A DNA stretch of 47,977 nucleotides, from the NCBI GenBank assembly GCA_003159355.1, contig PLPA01000091.1:1118-49094 (forward strand), written 5' to 3'. The position numbers were made by a program, and so were the translations under genes. Position 1 is the stretch's first letter. Each line of letters opens with the position of its first letter. Below are positions 45,452 through 47,977 of the stretch, in pieces. Under the pieces are notes generated by a model, which had not been told where the DNA came from, did no database searches, and saw nothing but the letters and a program-made list of their open reading frames with translations. This stretch comes from Acidobacteriaceae bacterium (GTDB lineage: Bacteria; Acidobacteriota; Terriglobia; Terriglobales; Acidobacteriaceae).

Positions 45452-46219
45452 TTACGCCACCGCGCAAATCCCTCCGATGGAGCCACGGATTGCGTCTTCA
45501 TGTCGAACCGTCCGCTGCACGACCGACCAATTCCCTGCCGGCGCGGCAACGGCTCCGACAAAGCCGTCGATCGGCTCCAGATCCTGTACGCGCCAGCACG
45601 ATTCGCCACTCGCATCTGTCGCACCACGCAGCCTTACCGGGTTCAGAGGTTCTTGAGAAACGTCCACTGCATCCAACCCGCCCAGCAATCCACAGCCGGC
45701 GGCCTTCAACACCGACTCTTTCCGCGTCCACAGACGCAGAAAGGCACTGGCTTGTGCCTGAGCCGTAGGCGCCTCCGCAATCATGGCCGCCTCTCTCCTG
45801 GTGAAATGGGCGGATGCGATTTCCACGGCATCGACATTGCATCGAATTGCCTCCACATCGATGCCGACTTCTCCCGCAGTTGTAAATGCGATCACTCCCA
45901 GCCCGCCGGAATGAGATACATTGAAATTCAGCGCGGAGCGTTCGGCGACAGATGGCTTGCCGTAACGATTGGTCGTCAGTGCAATCTTCTCGGGAGCCTT
46001 CTCCAGGTACCCGGCCAACCCAAGCCGGAGCATGGCCCGGCAAAGCCTGAACCGGGATGCGTCCCTCGGAAAAAGATAGCGATCCGCGCGGTTCCGCTCT
46101 TCGATCGACAAGATGTCGTCGAGATTCGCTCCTGGACTCAACGGACTGTCCAGATCGATCATCCAGACGTCGATGACCGCGCCCGGAGGCAGTTTACGAA
46201 GTGGAAGGCCCTCGTTCAT
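45452..46219 (-). CDS. Sfp-type 4'-phosphopantetheinyl transferase
   Basis: LSIEERNRA, YGKP, FNVSHSG, VGIDVE, WTRKESVLKAAG. ATG 46219 preferred over the ORF track start 46267. Confidence 0.93.
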   Translation of the reverse strand: MNEGLPLRKLPPGAVIDVWMIDLDSPLSPGANLDDILSIEERNRADRYLFPRDASRFRLCRAMLRLGLAGYLEKAPEKIALTTNRYGKPSVAERSALNFNVSHSGGLGVIAFTTAGEVGIDVEAIRCNVDAVEIASAHFTRREAAMIAEAPTAQAQASAFLRLWTRKESVLKAAGCGLLGGLDAVDVSQEPLNPVRLRGATDASGESCWRVQDLEPIDGFVGAVAAPAGNWSVVQRTVRHEDAIRGSIGGICAVA

Positions 46220-46456
46220 GCGGTTCCTTTTGCGGGAGGAAGATACCTTGAGCGTCAACTGCAACAATCACTGCGGGCTGTGCCTGTTTTGCCCCGCCCA
46301 CACTGACCATGGTTCCGCTGAACGGAGTAATCGGCGCCCGGAATTACCGGCACTGCTACCCATTCAACTTCATAGCCCCAGTTCCAAAATCGACTGATTC
46401 CTGCAAGGCGACAAACGACCCAACAATTTCCGCCAAGGAGGCGCCTCCAGAGGTTA

Positions 46457-47866
46457 ATGCATATCTCCCCGCTTGTCATCCTTCTCGGTTGGATACCCGC
46501 CGGCGCCTATCTCTTCCGTCGCCTTCCGGTTCGCATTGCAATCTTGGCCAACTTTCTCGGCGGCTGGGCGATTCTTCCCGGCGCCAGCTACCAGGCGACT
46601 CCAGACAACTTTCCTTATTGGATTCTTGGCGTCTGTCTGCCGACTAACTATTTTCTCACCAAGGCCACGGCCACAGGACTGGCCGCTCTGGCCGGATTTC
46701 TTCTTTTTCATTTCGCGGACTTGAGAACATTCAAGCCGGGCTTCTGCGATCTTCCCATGGCTGTATGGTGTTGCGTGCCTCTGCTGTCTGCGGCCGCGCA
46801 CTGGAACACGTTGCATGAGGGCCTGCTGGGCGCAGCCTATCTGACCATCTCCTGGGGTGTGCCCTGGCTCCTGGGCCGCATCTATTTTTCCAATTACGAC
46901 TCGCTGCTGCTGGCCGCCAAAGCATACGTTATCGCGGGAATCTGTTACGTGCCTATCTGTCTGGTTGAGATTTGCGCCGGCCCTCAACTCTATGCGTTCC
47001 TTTATGGTTATCAGCCCTACCGCTGGGTGGGCGCTCAGCGCTATATCGGCTTTCGTCCCATCGGCCTACTGGAGGACGGAAATCAGCTGGGCATCTGGAT
47101 GGCGGCGGCTACCCTGCTGGCCGTCTTGCTCGCTCTCAATAGGCTGACAGGCCGTATTCTTGGCTTGCCTATGGGATGGGTCGCAGCCGGGTTGGCTGGC
47201 GTCACGCTGCTCTGCCAGTCTGCCGGCAGTATTCTTTTGCTTCTTTTTCTGCTGCCTGTGGCGCTCTTGAAGCGACGCTCTCTCCAGCGGGCAGTTGTCG
47301 CTGTTTTGATCTTGGGCGTTTTGGCATTCGCGCTGTTCCGGATGACCAACCTTGTATCCCTTCGAGCGCTGGTGCAGGAGAATGTGGCGGCCCGTTCCGT
47401 CTCTTCCGCTCTGACCAGAATTGGCCGCCACTCGCTCGTTTGGAGGTTCGCTCGCGATGAGAGTCACATCCGGCTCGCACTCCGGCAGCCTCTGCTCGGG
47501 TCCGGACGATGGAACTGGTGGCAGAACGGCGATTCCCGGCCATGGAGCCTGTGGCTACTCGTATTTGGAATGTACGGGTTGGTTGGCCTCATTGCGTTCG
47601 GAGCAATCTTGTTTCTGCCGGTCATACGCGCCTTCTGGCAGCCCGCTGGAGGCGACGCTCCCAACCGGCTGAATCTCCGACTGGCGCTGGCCGCGCTCAT
47701 TCTGATGGTGGCCATCGACAACCTTCTCAACGGGGCAATGATTCTTCCCTATCTTCTGATCATGGGCGGGCTGGCAGCCGTTCGCGGGTCAGACAGCGGT
47801 GCCGGGACTGCGCTCATCGACTCTTCGATAAGTGAATTGCGCCGCTCTGAACAGCCCGGCTTGTAA
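46457..47866 (+). CDS. O-antigen ligase/Wzy polymerase-like membrane protein
   Basis: About 12 TMs, RYIGFRPIGLLEDGNQLG, large periplasmic loop ending SLVWRF...LRQPLLGSGRW, SLWLLVFGMYGLVG. Confidence 0.8.
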   Translation: MHISPLVILLGWIPAGAYLFRRLPVRIAILANFLGGWAILPGASYQATPDNFPYWILGVCLPTNYFLTKATATGLAALAGFLLFHFADLRTFKPGFCDLPMAVWCCVPLLSAAAHWNTLHEGLLGAAYLTISWGVPWLLGRIYFSNYDSLLLAAKAYVIAGICYVPICLVEICAGPQLYAFLYGYQPYRWVGAQRYIGFRPIGLLEDGNQLGIWMAAATLLAVLLALNRLTGRILGLPMGWVAAGLAGVTLLCQSAGSILLLLFLLPVALLKRRSLQRAVVAVLILGVLAFALFRMTNLVSLRALVQENVAARSVSSALTRIGRHSLVWRFARDESHIRLALRQPLLGSGRWNWWQNGDSRPWSLWLLVFGMYGLVGLIAFGAILFLPVIRAFWQPAGGDAPNRLNLRLALAALILMVAIDNLLNGAMILPYLLIMGGLAAVRGSDSGAGTALIDSSISELRRSEQPGL

Positions 47867-47917
47867 CCATTCATCCAGATGCTCATGCCCAGATGGAATT
47901 CTGGCGAGCGGTAACTC

Positions 47918-47977
47918 CTAATTTTTCGTTACGACGGTGACCTCCACGGACATTCCCGGCAAGAGAGGCTCATTCTG
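47918..47977 (-). CDS. C-terminal fragment of an HlyD/EmrA-type periplasmic adaptor (partial, continues beyond window)
   Basis: The minus strand reads QNEPLLPGMSVEVTVVTKN-stop. L.PGMSV.V.V is the typical C-terminal motif of membrane fusion proteins, but only 19 aa are visible. Confidence 0.55.
   Translation of the reverse strand, partial: QNEPLLPGMSVEVTVVTKN

Noticed and set aside
1-47977. Prophage, integrase, transposase, tRNA or rRNA genes
   Set aside because: None recognised in the ORF track or the sequence.

Overview
A GC-rich bacterial window. It is probably from Acidobacteriota, an inference from the style of the Fn3/chitobiase-repeat lectin protein, the TonB-dependent receptor and the small HTH protein. 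About 44 kb (3464-47866) is one Wzx/Wzy-type exopolysaccharide or capsule locus: priming sugar transferase, Wzx, Wzy/O-antigen-ligase-like protein, Wza, Wzc, a TagA-STAS fusion, at least 6 further GT2/GT4 glycosyltransferases, 3 acyltransferases and a UpxY/NusG antiterminator. In its middle, on the same strand and translationally coupled, sits a hybrid NRPS/PKS line: A(Thr)-T -> KS-AT-ACP-aminotransferase-C-A(Gly)-T -> C-T-TE. The locus also carries an Sfp-type PPTase, a type II thioesterase, two JmjC/cupin oxygenases, two GT-C-like membrane proteins and a PAF-AH-like esterase. The main hypothesis (inference) is that the NRPS/PKS makes a diamino-hydroxy-acyl-glycine unit that decorates, or is built into, the surface polysaccharide. 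Two unrelated ~120-140 bp inverted-repeat (MITE-like) elements each begin at a CTAG containing a gene's stop codon. The flanks are a partial lectin-domain surface protein and a TonB-dependent receptor on the left, and the C-terminus of an HlyD-type protein on the right. Several start codons were moved downstream of the ORF track using RBS evidence. All family assignments come from motif recognition by eye, not database searches.
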